64,000 bases of DNA from an uncultured Verrucomicrobiae bacterium (lineage in GTDB: Bacteria > Verrucomicrobiota > Verrucomicrobiia > Limisphaerales > JAFGQR01). The stretch covers positions 64,001 through 128,000 of the forward strand of contig CAWBHS010000099.1 in the NCBI GenBank assembly GCA_963788655.1. The letters are read 5' to 3'. The notes beneath the pieces are model-generated. The model searched no databases. It was not told the DNA's origin and saw only the letters and a list, made by a program, of their open reading frames with translations. Positions 29,413 to 39,138 of this stretch are shown one piece after another (the stretch's first letter is position 1; each line of letters starts with the position of its first letter). The position numbers and the translations under genes are program-made.

Positions 29413-29542
29413 CAAATGACCAATGACCAAGGTCCAGAGAATGACCGATTCCCAAGGACCGGGGCTCCGGCGGGAGGCCCCTTACTTTTGTTTGGAATTT
29501 GAGATTTGGAGATTCTCTGGAGCTTGGTCATTGGTCATTGGA
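29413..29542. repeat. Inverted pair of AATGACC/GGTCATT heptamer runs
   Basis: aaatgaccaatgaccaagg...aatgacc on the left; ttggtcattggtcattgg on the right. Confidence 0.65.
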
Positions 29543-29645
29543 CTTTTGCCACCATCAACCATCTCGGTAATGGAGCGCTCTTGTCGGTCCTCGAAATTTC
29601 ATGGGTTGACATTCCGGGGAGAACAACGGAAAACGAGCGCCGATT

Positions 29646-30389
29646 ATGGGACTTTTAAATGATCGGATTGCGGTGGTGACCGGTGCCGGGCGCGGGATTG
29701 GCCAGGCGATTGCCTTGAAATTGGCCGGTGAAGGTGCCGACGTTGTGTGCGTCGATCTGCAGGCGGACTTTGTGAGCGAAACCGTGGGCAAAGTTCAAAA
29801 ACTCGGGCGTAAAGCCTGGGCCGTGGCCGCCAATGTGGCTGACGCCGCCAGTGTGGATGCGGCGGCGGGACAAATACTTAAGGAGCCCGGTCGCGTGGAT
29901 ATCCTGGTGAATAATGCCGGCATCACGCGCGACACCTTGTTGATGCGCATGAGCGAAGCGGACTGGGATGCCGTACTGAACATCAATTTGAAGGGCACCT
30001 TCCTGATGACCAAGGCCTTCGCGCGCGCGTTCCTAAAGCAGAAATCCGGGCGCATCGTGAATATTGCCTCGGTCATTGGCTTGATTGGCAACGCCGGCCA
30101 GTGCAACTACGCGGCCAGCAAAGCCGGGGTCATCGGCTTGACCAAGTCCGTGGCCCGGGAACTGGCCTCGCGCGGCATTACGGCCAACGCCATCGCTCCC
30201 GGTTTCATCGAAACCCGGATGACGGAAGCCCTGAACGAAGAGATGCGAAATGCCTTGCTCAAGCAGATTCCATTGGCCAGTTTGGGGCAACCCGAAGACG
30301 TGGCCAACGCGGTTCTGTTTTTCGCCAGCCCGGCGGCACGTTATGTAACCGGCCAGGTGCTGGCGGTGGATGGCGGGATGGTCATGTGA
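29646..30389 (+). CDS. fabG: 3-oxoacyl-ACP reductase
   Basis: TGAGRGIG, NNAGITRD, NYAASKAG; upstream of acpP-fabF. Confidence 0.95.
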   Translation: MGLLNDRIAVVTGAGRGIGQAIALKLAGEGADVVCVDLQADFVSETVGKVQKLGRKAWAVAANVADAASVDAAAGQILKEPGRVDILVNNAGITRDTLLMRMSEADWDAVLNINLKGTFLMTKAFARAFLKQKSGRIVNIASVIGLIGNAGQCNYAASKAGVIGLTKSVARELASRGITANAIAPGFIETRMTEALNEEMRNALLKQIPLASLGQPEDVANAVLFFASPAARYVTGQVLAVDGGMVM

Positions 30390-30563
30390 AAATTACGAAA
30401 ATTCACACTGGACAGGGCGCGGCCCGCTCGCTAGACAAAGCGGCGATTTAAGAATTACAACCGTTAGGCAAGCAAACAATCGAAACCAAATCATTTCGCG
30501 ATTCAGGGCTTGACGCCTGTTGGACCGTGACATAGACAGACCACAAGATAACCGGAGTATACC

Positions 30564-30809
30564 ATGGCAGAAAAATCAGTAGAGCAACGAGTCAGAGAGA
30601 TTATCGTCGAACAAATGGACGTTAATCCCGATCAAGTGACGCTCGACGCCAAGTTTATCGAAGACCTCGGCGCCGATTCCCTGGATGTCGTGGAACTGGT
30701 CATGGCGCTGGAAGAAGAGTTTGACCATGAAATTCCCGACGAAGAAGCCGAGAAACTTCTGAGCGTGGGCGACGTCGTCAAATACATCGAAGACCTTCGG
30801 TCAAAATAG
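30564..30809 (+). CDS. acpP: Acyl carrier protein
   Basis: [20 protein letters not shown] phosphopantetheine motif. Confidence 0.97.
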   Translation: MAEKSVEQRVREIIVEQMDVNPDQVTLDAKFIEDLGADSLDVVELVMALEEEFDHEIPDEEAEKLLSVGDVVKYIEDLRSK

Positions 30810-30878
30810 GCCTGTTGTGATCCCTACCCGGGGCAGCTCCGGCTGGCGTCAGCCCAGGCTGCCCCGTTTGTTTTCTTT

Positions 30879-32138
30879 ATGCCACGTCATTGGACAGAGC
30901 GACGGGTGGTCGTGACCGGTTTGGGCACTGTCACGCCCCTCGGTAACCATATCAACGACTTGTGGGCCAATCTGCTCGCCGGCCACTCCGGCATCGGGCG
31001 CATCACGCGGTTTGATCCGACAGAGTATGACACCCAAATTGCCGCCGAAGTGAAGGATTTCACTCCGGGCGATTCCTTTCCTTCCCCCAAAGATGCCCGG
31101 CGCGCCGATCGCTACGCACTCTACGCCGTCAATGCCGCTTACCAAGCCCTCCAGGATTCGGGCATGAATCTTGACGCTTTGAATCGGGATGAGATCGGCG
31201 TCTTCGTCGGTTCGGGCATTGGCGGACTGCGCACCACGGAAGAACAACACTTGGTCTTGTTGAATAAAGGACCGGGTCGCATGTCACCGTTCGTCATTCC
31301 CATGCTCATTCTGAACATGGCCTCCGGCCTGATCTCGATGTTCTACAAACTGCGCGGCCCCAACCTCGCCACCTGCACCGCCTGCGCCACCGCCTCCCAC
31401 GCTTTGGGCGAAGCCTGGCGGACCATCGTCATGGGAGACGCCCAAGTCATGCTGGCCGGGGGCAGCGAAGCCACCGTCACCGAATTCGGGATCGGCGGCT
31501 TCTGTGCCATGAAAGCCATGAGCACGCGCAATGACGAACCGGAAAAGGCTTCGCGGCCATTCGACATCGACCGCGATGGCTTCGTCATGGGTGAAGGTGC
31601 TGGCGTGCTCGTCCTTGAGGAACTGGAGCATGCCAAAGCCCGGAGCGCAAAAATCTATTGTGAACTGACCGGCTACGGCAATTCAGCCGACGCCAATCAC
31701 ATGACCGCGCCCGATCCGGAAGGTGATGGCGCCGCGCGCTGCATGCAGATGGCACTGCGCAATGCCCGGCTGAATCCGGAGGACATTCAATACATCAACG
31801 CTCACGGCACCTCGACCCCGCTCGGCGACGTGGCCGAAAGCAGGGCCGTCAAACGGGTCTTCGGACCGCACGCATCCAAGGTGGCGGTCAGTTCCACCAA
31901 GAGTGCCACAGGGCACATGTTGGGCGCCGCCGGGGCAGTTGAAATGGCCATTTGCTGCAAGGTCATTGAAAACCAAGTGGTACCGCCCACGCTGAATCTT
32001 GATCATCCCGATCCGGAGTGCGATTTGGATTACGTTCCCCATACGGCTCGGGAAACCAAAGTAAACGCCGTCATCAATAACTCGTTCGGCTTCGGCGGCC
32101 ACAATGCCAGTCTGGTGGTCAAGAAGTTTGTGGGGTAA
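30879..32138 (+). CDS. fabF: Beta-ketoacyl-ACP synthase II
   Basis: RRVVVTGLG, TACAT, INAHGTST, KSATGHMLGAAG, NSFGFGGHN. Confidence 0.96.
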   Translation: MPRHWTERRVVVTGLGTVTPLGNHINDLWANLLAGHSGIGRITRFDPTEYDTQIAAEVKDFTPGDSFPSPKDARRADRYALYAVNAAYQALQDSGMNLDALNRDEIGVFVGSGIGGLRTTEEQHLVLLNKGPGRMSPFVIPMLILNMASGLISMFYKLRGPNLATCTACATASHALGEAWRTIVMGDAQVMLAGGSEATVTEFGIGGFCAMKAMSTRNDEPEKASRPFDIDRDGFVMGEGAGVLVLEELEHAKARSAKIYCELTGYGNSADANHMTAPDPEGDGAARCMQMALRNARLNPEDIQYINAHGTSTPLGDVAESRAVKRVFGPHASKVAVSSTKSATGHMLGAAGAVEMAICCKVIENQVVPPTLNLDHPDPECDLDYVPHTARETKVNAVINNSFGFGGHNASLVVKKFVG

Positions 32139-32147
32139 TGGCGGGCG

Positions 32148-32391
32148 CCAACGTGCTGCCGGCGTCTCGCCGGCAGAAACGAGTACGGCGGGTGCGCTCG
32201 AAACTGCAAACACCGTTCGGTGGATTTTCCCCGTTTGATCTGCCGGCAGGATGCCGGCAGCACGTTGGGCAAATGTGCTGCCGGCGTCTCGCCGGCAGAA
32301 ACGGGTACGGCGGGTGCGCTCGAGACTGCAACTACCGTTCGTTGGGGTTTTCCCCGTTCGATCTGCCGGCAGGATGCCGGCAGCACGTTGG
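32148..32391. repeat. Two tandem ~122-bp REPIN/MITE-like units, each bounded by inverted GTGCTGCCGGC palindromes
   Basis: Unit: (c)aacgtgctgccggcgtctcgccggcagaaacg...gatctgccggcaggatgccggcagcacgttgg; near-identical copies start at ~32148 and ~32270. Confidence 0.85.
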
Positions 32392-32412
32392 CGGTAGCTG
32401 CGGTGGCATATT

Positions 32413-33717
32413 ATGAACTTCCTTTCCCTCATTGAATCGAAACGTGATGGAAGGTGTCTTTCGCCCGAGGCCATCCAATTCCTCGTCCGCGAATTCGTTG
32501 CCGGCCACGTGCCGGATTACCAAATGGCTGCCTTGCTGATGGCGGTCTTTTTTCGCGGGCTGGATGCGGGTGAAACCCGGACACTTACGCTGGCCATGCG
32601 CGACTCCGGCGATGGGCTCCACTTTCCGGACGACCCACGTCCGCTCGTGGACAAACACTCCACCGGGGGCGTGGGTGACAAGGTATCGTTGCCGTTAGCA
32701 CCTTTGCTGGCTTGCCTGGGATTTCGCGTACCCATGATTTCCGGTCGCGGCCTCGGTATTACTGGCGGCACGTTGGACAAATTGGAATCGATTCCCGGCT
32801 TTCGCACCGCGTTGACGGCCGAACAAATCGTGGCGCAAGTTCAGCAAGTCGGCGTCGTGATTTGCGGCCAGACGGATCGTATGGTGCCGGCGGATAAAAT
32901 GCTTTACGCCTTGCGCGACGTGACCGGCACGGTGCCCTCCATCCCGCTCATCACCGCTTCCATTCTGTCCAAGAAATTGGCCGAAGGTTTGGCGGCGCTG
33001 GTGCTGGATGTCAAATTCGGTTCGGCCGCCTTCATGCGGACCCGTGAACAAGCGCGTGAACTGGCCCAGGCCATGGTGCGTCTGGGCGTGGAGTGCGGCG
33101 TCAAGGTGCGGGCGTTGCTGACGGAGATGAATATCCCCCTCGGCCGAGCCGCGGGCAACTGGCTGGAAGTCAAAGAATCGGTGGCCTGCCTCGAAGGGAA
33201 TGGACCTGAGGATCTGCGCGAGTTGGTCATCGAATGCGCCGCTCAACTGCTGGTGCAAACCCAGCGCGTCGGCGATTTGGCAGCCGCCCGAAGTCAGGCG
33301 AACCAATGCCTGCTATCTGGCGAACCCCGTCGCAAATGGGACGAGATGCTCGCCGCTCAAGGCGCAGATTTGGATGGCTTTTACCGGCAACTGCAACCGG
33401 ACCACACTGCGCCTGTGGTCGTCGAATTGAGGGCCACGCGACCTGGTTATCTCGTTGGTTGCGATGCCCGAACGATTGGCGAAGTCATCCGCGACTTGGG
33501 CGCGGGGCGGTTAACCAAAGACACGATTCTCAATCACGAGGTCGGACTCGACGCCATGGCCAAACCGGGCGACACCATTTCCGAGGGCGATTGGTTGGCC
33601 CGGGTACATGCGGCGGACTCGCGCCAGGCCGAACAGGCGCGGCAACGGCTCATCAAGGCGTTTGTGATTGCGGAGACAGAGCCATCCCTGCCCCCGCTGA
33701 TTGCCGAAGTCTTGTGA
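32413..33717 (+). CDS. pdp: Pyrimidine-nucleoside/thymidine phosphorylase
   Basis: DKHSTGGVGDKVS, MISGRGLGITGGTLDKLESIPGF, YALRDVTGTV, SILSKKLAEG. Confidence 0.93.
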   Translation: MNFLSLIESKRDGRCLSPEAIQFLVREFVAGHVPDYQMAALLMAVFFRGLDAGETRTLTLAMRDSGDGLHFPDDPRPLVDKHSTGGVGDKVSLPLAPLLACLGFRVPMISGRGLGITGGTLDKLESIPGFRTALTAEQIVAQVQQVGVVICGQTDRMVPADKMLYALRDVTGTVPSIPLITASILSKKLAEGLAALVLDVKFGSAAFMRTREQARELAQAMVRLGVECGVKVRALLTEMNIPLGRAAGNWLEVKESVACLEGNGPEDLRELVIECAAQLLVQTQRVGDLAAARSQANQCLLSGEPRRKWDEMLAAQGADLDGFYRQLQPDHTAPVVVELRATRPGYLVGCDARTIGEVIRDLGAGRLTKDTILNHEVGLDAMAKPGDTISEGDWLARVHAADSRQAEQARQRLIKAFVIAETEPSLPPLIAEVL

Positions 33718-33874
33718 ATTGCCGAAATCGGTGGGTGCGCGGGAGTCAGAGCCAGGGTAGTAGCAAAAGCGGGAATCGGAGCGAGGCGTGCGCCGGCGGA
33801 AGGTTGGAAGGCCGGAAGGTTGCCAAATGGCAGATTCCGCTTAAACTCTTCAACGAATCACGCTGCAACCAACC

Positions 33875-34345
33875 ATGAGCGAACCCTATCAGGAAATCGT
33901 GCAGGGGGAGACCCTGCTCCGGCTGGCGCCCGGCGCGCGGCATGAAATGATCTGTGCCCGCCTGCACGAGCGGATGGCCATGTGTGTGGCCCGGTCGGCC
34001 ACCATGCGTTTGCTGTCGCCCCGCAGCATTGTCGAGCTGGCGACCGGCACCTTGGTGCGTCCCGATCTGGCCCTGATGGCGACGGCGACCAACAAAGCCT
34101 GGCTGATTGCCGAGATTATCGATTCCAGTGATCACAGCACGGACACCGTCACGAAGAAATCGCTGTACGAAGATTTGCGAATGCCGCGCTTATGGATGGT
34201 GGATCCACGTTACGACAACGTGGAAGTGTATCACGGCACCCAATACGGTTTGGCGTTGCGGGAGGTGTTGGCCGGAAGGGATCTCTTGCAGGAACGCCTC
34301 GTTGCTGGCTTTGAGTTTTCCATCGCCGAACTGTTTTCTGATTAG
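33875..34345 (+). CDS. Uma2/DUF820 family putative endonuclease
   Basis: EIVQGE..., VRPDLAL, IAEII, DTVTKKSLY, LWMVDP. Confidence 0.8.
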   Translation: MSEPYQEIVQGETLLRLAPGARHEMICARLHERMAMCVARSATMRLLSPRSIVELATGTLVRPDLALMATATNKAWLIAEIIDSSDHSTDTVTKKSLYEDLRMPRLWMVDPRYDNVEVYHGTQYGLALREVLAGRDLLQERLVAGFEFSIAELFSD

Positions 34346-34347
34346 CG

Positions 34348-34895
34348 GCAACGTGCTGCCGGGCGCGCAGAAACGAAGGAGCACTCACGGTCGAATGCGT
34401 GGGGGCTTTGAATCAATACAGAGCATTTAACAAAGACCGGTTGGGAATGACCAATGACCAACAACCAATGACCAGAGAATTCCCAATCTCCAAGGACCAA
34501 TGCATTAACCGTGCGTGATCGCCGCAAGATTGGGTCTTGGTATTTGGACTTTCTCTGGGTCTTGGCCTTGGTCATTAGTCATTATTTGTAGCCTATCCGG
34601 AGCTACTCCAGTTTCCAAGGTTTCTGATGCGCTCAACGCACTTGGCGAATTCGCAGGGGTGTCTTCCTTTGCTCTGCTGGCGTCCCGCCGGCAGACGCAT
34701 GCAACGGCGCGTATGATTGTGGTTGGACGTCACGCTGGCATTATGCCCAACAATCAAACCCCAAGCACAGTTGCGATCCGCGACTCTCAGGCATTGGGGA
34801 TTGGTCATTCTCTGGTCATTGAGCATTGGTCATTGGGCATTGATTCGGAGCCTTCGTTCCAAATCTGCCGGCAAGATGCCGGCAGCACGTTGCCA
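34348..34895. repeat. Composite intergenic repeat: REP-like ends plus heptamer runs
   Basis: gcaacgtgctgccgg...agaaacgaagg at the left and aatctgccggcaagatgccggcagcacgttgc at the right; AATGACC/GGTCATT runs at ~34446-34585 and ~34795-34845. Confidence 0.6.
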
Positions 34896-34899
34896 GCAG

Positions 34900-35814
34900 T
34901 TATTGCTTGGTGAGAAATTGCTGGACCTCGCGCCATTTTGGAATGCCGGCTTGGCCGCCGCGCCGGGTCGCTTTGAGGGCGGCCGCCGCGGAAGCAATGC
35001 GAATTCGTTCAACCAGGGGAAGCCCGAGTGCCAGCGCCGCCGCGTAAGCTCCATGGAAGACGTCGCCGCAGCCGGTTGTGTCCACCGCCTTCACACCAAA
35101 TGCCGGCTGGTGGACTGCCTTGGGTTGATGCTCGTCCCGAAACCAACAGCCGCGAACTCCACACGTCACCACGACAGTTTGCCGTGATGGCGACCACAGC
35201 TTGCTCACCGCCGCGGCCGGCGTCCGGGTGCGGGTCAACTTGCACGCGAATTCCTCGGCCAGAATCAAATGATCCGGGAGGGCGAACAATTGCTTAAAGC
35301 CAAGCCAGTCACAGTTTTCGAAATCCGCCACCACGGCGATTCCCGCGGCGCGAGCAACGCGGGCGGCGCGGATCATTCCCGGCACCCCGAACCGGTCCAC
35401 CAACAGGACACGAGTGGATTGCAGTACGGATCGCGCGGGCCGTCGCGGATGGGCTCCAATCGTATCCTGGGTGTCGTAGAAGATATTCCGCGTCTGGCGG
35501 GTTTCATCCACGACAATGAACGAGCGGCACGGCTTGGCGGCGGATTGATGGACCAGATGCCGTACGTCTATTTCCTCAAGTTGCAGACAGTCCACGACGA
35601 AACGGGAATCTTCGTCATCACCCAGAGTGCCGGCATAAGCGCAGTGGGCTCCCAGACGCGCCGCCGCCACCAAGGCCGTGGCCGTCAAGCCGCCACATTG
35701 CTTTTCCCGCCGCAGGACTGGTTGTTTGGTGTCGGCAGGAGGGTAGGCGGCCACATACAATAAATCATCCACCGCCGTGCAACCCAAACCCAGCACGTCA
35801 AATCGGATTTTCAT
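34900..35814 (-). CDS. PfkB-family carbohydrate kinase
   Basis: GGLTATALVAAARLG; VVTCGVRG; VDTTGCGDVFHGAY. Confidence 0.92.
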   Translation of the reverse strand: MKIRFDVLGLGCTAVDDLLYVAAYPPADTKQPVLRREKQCGGLTATALVAAARLGAHCAYAGTLGDDEDSRFVVDCLQLEEIDVRHLVHQSAAKPCRSFIVVDETRQTRNIFYDTQDTIGAHPRRPARSVLQSTRVLLVDRFGVPGMIRAARVARAAGIAVVADFENCDWLGFKQLFALPDHLILAEEFACKLTRTRTPAAAVSKLWSPSRQTVVVTCGVRGCWFRDEHQPKAVHQPAFGVKAVDTTGCGDVFHGAYAAALALGLPLVERIRIASAAAALKATRRGGQAGIPKWREVQQFLTKQ

Positions 35815-35869
35815 GGCGGGAATTTAAGGAATTGGAGCGCAGACTCAAGCGCGGCTGTCCGGAGGATGG

Positions 35870-35986
35870 TGTGGCCAGCAGCGTGCCGCCGGCAGAAACG
35901 AACGAAAGATCAGTGTTCGATTTTGAGCACCGTGGGAGAGCGGACGTTCCGTTCCAATCTGCCGGCAGGATGCCGGCAGCACGCTG
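35870..35986. repeat. REPIN-like unit, GTGCTGCCGGC family
   Basis: gcgtgccgccggcagaaacg ... aatctgccggcaggatgccggcagcacgctg. Confidence 0.7.
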
Positions 35987-36058
35987 GGGCGGCAAAATGC
36001 ACTACCGCAGATACCTTGACCCCTCCGGTCTCAGTGCCTAGTATGCCACGATTCTGAC

Positions 36059-37174
36059 ATGAGAATATTGGTTTTGATTTGTTTGGCCGCGATGTTGATG
36101 CCCTTTTCTGCCGCTGCGGAAAAGACGGTGGCGAGCATGATTCTGGCCGTTGTGAATGATTCGGTGATCACTTACAACGAAGTGAAGATGAATGCCTTGG
36201 CGAGTCTGGAGAGCGTACGGCGGAATTATTGGAACCAGCCCAGTGTCGCCGAGCAAAAATCGCGCACGGTGATGGAGGAAAGTCTGGAAAGCCTCGTGGA
36301 CCAGCAGCTCATCCTGCACGACTACCAAACGTCCGGCTTGCAGTTTCCCGAAGCGGTGATCGAGGACGAAATCAAGCGCCGCATTCGTGAGCGGTATGGC
36401 GACCGGGCCAACTTGACCAAGGAATTGCAGGCCAAAGGTATGAATTTCGAAGAATACCGCAAACGCCTGCGCGAAGAATTCATCACCGCAGCGATGCGCC
36501 AGCGGAACGTCTCGACGGCGTTGATTATTTCCCCGGCCAAGATCGAACGGTATTACCGGGAAAACGTCACCAATTATGCGGTGGGTGATGAGGTTAAAAT
36601 CCGCATGTTGGTCCGCAACGTGCCGGAGGCGGAGGCGGCGCCCGAGGTCCGGAATCTCATGCTCGAGATCATCCGGAAAATTGAAACCGGGGCTTCGTTC
36701 AGCGAGATGGCGGCGGTGTACTCGGAAGGTTCGCAGCGGGTGGAAGGCGGTGATTGGGGCTGGCGCGAGCGGTCCTTTCTCGAGAAAGGGCTTTCGGATA
36801 TTGCGTTCAGCCTCGAACCGGGTCAACGCAGTGCGCTGATCGGCTATCGGCACGACAGCGACGACGATTATTCAGTGATCCAATACGACGCGAAGGGCAA
36901 CACCCAGTGGGTGCGGCGGTATGGGCGCAGCGTTAAAGGCGCTAAAATGACGTTGTTGCACGAAACCAAGTTCGATCCTCCCAAGGCGGATGGAGGTTTG
37001 GAACCGCAGTATTATTATTTGATGAAGGTCGAAGACAAACGAACCGCCCACACTCAGAACTTGACCGAGGTGCAAGATGAAATTGAAAAGGAACTCCTCC
37101 GCAAAGAATCGGAGCGGTTGCGGAAGAAGTGGCTGAACCGGCTGCGGGCCAAATCGTTTGTGCGCTACTTCTGA
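36059..37174 (+). CDS. surA: SurA-like periplasmic chaperone / parvulin PPIase
   Basis: Signal peptide; ILAVVNDSVIT SurA N-domain; FSEMAAVYSEG..GGDWGW parvulin motif; C-terminal WLNRLRAKSFVRYF; upstream of pdxA. Confidence 0.8.
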   Translation: MRILVLICLAAMLMPFSAAAEKTVASMILAVVNDSVITYNEVKMNALASLESVRRNYWNQPSVAEQKSRTVMEESLESLVDQQLILHDYQTSGLQFPEAVIEDEIKRRIRERYGDRANLTKELQAKGMNFEEYRKRLREEFITAAMRQRNVSTALIISPAKIERYYRENVTNYAVGDEVKIRMLVRNVPEAEAAPEVRNLMLEIIRKIETGASFSEMAAVYSEGSQRVEGGDWGWRERSFLEKGLSDIAFSLEPGQRSALIGYRHDSDDDYSVIQYDAKGNTQWVRRYGRSVKGAKMTLLHETKFDPPKADGGLEPQYYYLMKVEDKRTAHTQNLTEVQDEIEKELLRKESERLRKKWLNRLRAKSFVRYF

Positions 37175-37252
37175 GGGGTTGGGAACCATGCCCGTCCACG
37201 GAACTGTTGTTCTACCAACTTCGGGAGCCGCTCCTCTTTGAGTCAGGTTTTT

Positions 37253-38248
37253 ATGGCCAAACTCTTTGCCATTGCTGCGGGTGACCCGACGGGCATCGGA
37301 CCGGAAATTGCCTTGAAAGCCCTGGCCCAGGAATGGGACGCCGACGCCGACCGTTACGTGCTGATTGGCGATGAGCACCTCCTCTTGAATTTGAACCGGG
37401 CGCTCGGATTGAACCTGCCCATGCAGCGGGAGGAAGAAGCCACGGTGGCAGGACGACTGACAATTTGCTCTCCGGGCGCCGCCTTGCCGGATGTCGCGTC
37501 GCTGACGCCCGGGCATCCCACGGCAGCGCGGGCGGCGGTGACCTGGTTGCGAGAGGGTGCCCAGCGATGCCTGCGGCAGGATGCGGCGGCATTGGTAACG
37601 GCGCCCGTGAACAAAGCTGCCATTATCCGCAGTGGCCAACCGTTCGTGGGGCAAACGGAGTATCTGTCCGAATTGGCGGGAACGGATCAGACCATCATGA
37701 TGCTGTTGGGAACCGACGCGCAGGGCCGCTGGCTTCGGGTGGCGCTCGCCACCACGCACGTGCCCATCAAGTTGCTGGCCGAACGGCTTGAACGGGACAA
37801 AGTCCAACTGGCCATTGAACTGGCTGCCCGCGCCTGCCGGCAACTGGGTTTGGAACGACAACGCATAGCGGTCTGTGGACTGAATCCCCATGCGGGGGAA
37901 AGCGGGGAATTAGGCACGGAAGAGCAAGCGCTCATTACGCCGGCCATTCGCCGGGCGCAGCGTCAGGGCTTGGACGTGGTCGGACCGCTGGCGGCCGATA
38001 CGCTGTTCCACTACGCCTATCGGGGCGACTTCGACGCGGTGGTGGCGATGTACCACGACCAGGGCCTCGCTCCGTTGAAGATGGTGGCGTTCGATACGGG
38101 CGTGAACTGGACGCTGGGCTTGCCGTTCATCCGCACCTCACCGGATCACGGCACGGCCTACGATCGGGCGGGTAAAGGTGTCGCCAACCCGGCGAGCATG
38201 GTGTCCGCCCTGCGTCTGGCGAAACAATTGGCGCGCGGTCAATCCTAG
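37253..38248 (+). CDS. pdxA: 4-hydroxythreonine-4-phosphate dehydrogenase
   Basis: GDPTGIGPEI, TAPVNK, LATTHVP, GLNPHAGE, AMYHDQGL, RTSPDHGTAYD. Confidence 0.95.
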   Translation: MAKLFAIAAGDPTGIGPEIALKALAQEWDADADRYVLIGDEHLLLNLNRALGLNLPMQREEEATVAGRLTICSPGAALPDVASLTPGHPTAARAAVTWLREGAQRCLRQDAAALVTAPVNKAAIIRSGQPFVGQTEYLSELAGTDQTIMMLLGTDAQGRWLRVALATTHVPIKLLAERLERDKVQLAIELAARACRQLGLERQRIAVCGLNPHAGESGELGTEEQALITPAIRRAQRQGLDVVGPLAADTLFHYAYRGDFDAVVAMYHDQGLAPLKMVAFDTGVNWTLGLPFIRTSPDHGTAYDRAGKGVANPASMVSALRLAKQLARGQS

Positions 38249-38278
38249 GACGGGAGTCGCTGGACTACTGCCAGGTTC

Positions 38279-38360
38279 TCATTCTTGCTCTTACTCTTGC
38301 TCTTGCTTTTGCTCTTTTTGGGGAGGCTTAAAGATTAAGAGTAAGCGCAAGAGCAAGCGC
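38279..38360. repeat. Inverted hexamer runs (CTCTTG / AAGAGC) between convergent genes
   Basis: ttcttgctcttactcttgctcttgct ... aagattaagagtaagcgcaagagcaag. Confidence 0.55.
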
Positions 38361-38424
38361 ATGAACAGTTGCACAATCAACCCTCACGTCCGCTGCGGCG
38401 AGTGTTGATGTGTCGCCAAGAGTG

Positions 38425-39138
38425 TCAGCTTGGGGCCTGAGCCCAGCGGATCGCATATTGAACCAGGTTGGCGCTGTCCCGCAGGCTGAGTTTCTGTTTG
38501 ATGTTCTCGCGATGGGTTTGCACCGTTTTCGGACTCAAGTGCAGCGTCTCGGCGATTTGCGCGGTGCGGAGTCCCTGGCCGATCAAGGCAAAAATTTCAA
38601 ACTCGCGATCAGTCAATTCCAGAATCGGGGAAGTCTTGTGGTGCCGCTGCTCGGGGGTGACCATGCGGTGCAGCAATTGATCGGTCATGGCGTCGCTCAG
38701 GTAGCTTTTTCCCTCCAGAACTTGCCGGATGGCGACCAGCAGTTTGCGCGGCGTCTCGTGTTTCATGATGTAGCCCCTGGCACCTGCCCGTAGCGCGCGT
38801 TCGGCATACACCGTTTCGTCATGCATCGAATGAACCAGGACCAGCAACTCGGGAAAACGGATCTTCAGATCCTTGATTAACTCGATTCCATTTTGGCCGG
38901 CCAGGGAAATATCGACCACCGCGAGGTCGGGCTTGGAACTCTCCGCGGCCGCGAGTGCCTCCCGGATGGTAGCGGCCTGCCCGCAAACCATCAGGTCCGG
39001 TTCGCGCTCCAACACCGAGGTCAAGCCTTCCCGCATGGTGGGGTGGTCATCAACCACCAGAATGCGGGCCTTCTTAGGTTGGGCACTGGTGGGTCTTTTC
39101 GAGGCCGCCCTTTTGGGAACTGCTTTATTGCTGGTCAT
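38425..39138 (-). CDS. NarL/LuxR-family response regulator
   Basis: ILVVDDHP, VVDISL, GARGYIMK, LTDREFEIF..IAETLHLSPKTVQTHRENIKQKL; ATGA overlap with the kinase stop. Confidence 0.93.
   Translation of the reverse strand: MTSNKAVPKRAASKRPTSAQPKKARILVVDDHPTMREGLTSVLEREPDLMVCGQAATIREALAAAESSKPDLAVVDISLAGQNGIELIKDLKIRFPELLVLVHSMHDETVYAERALRAGARGYIMKHETPRKLLVAIRQVLEGKSYLSDAMTDQLLHRMVTPEQRHHKTSPILELTDREFEIFALIGQGLRTAQIAETLHLSPKTVQTHRENIKQKLSLRDSANLVQYAIRWAQAPS

Noticed and set aside
32148..32391. Possible CRISPR array
   Set aside because: The repeats are inverted pairs, the two 'spacers' are near-identical, and no cas genes are present. It fits a REPIN-like tandem.
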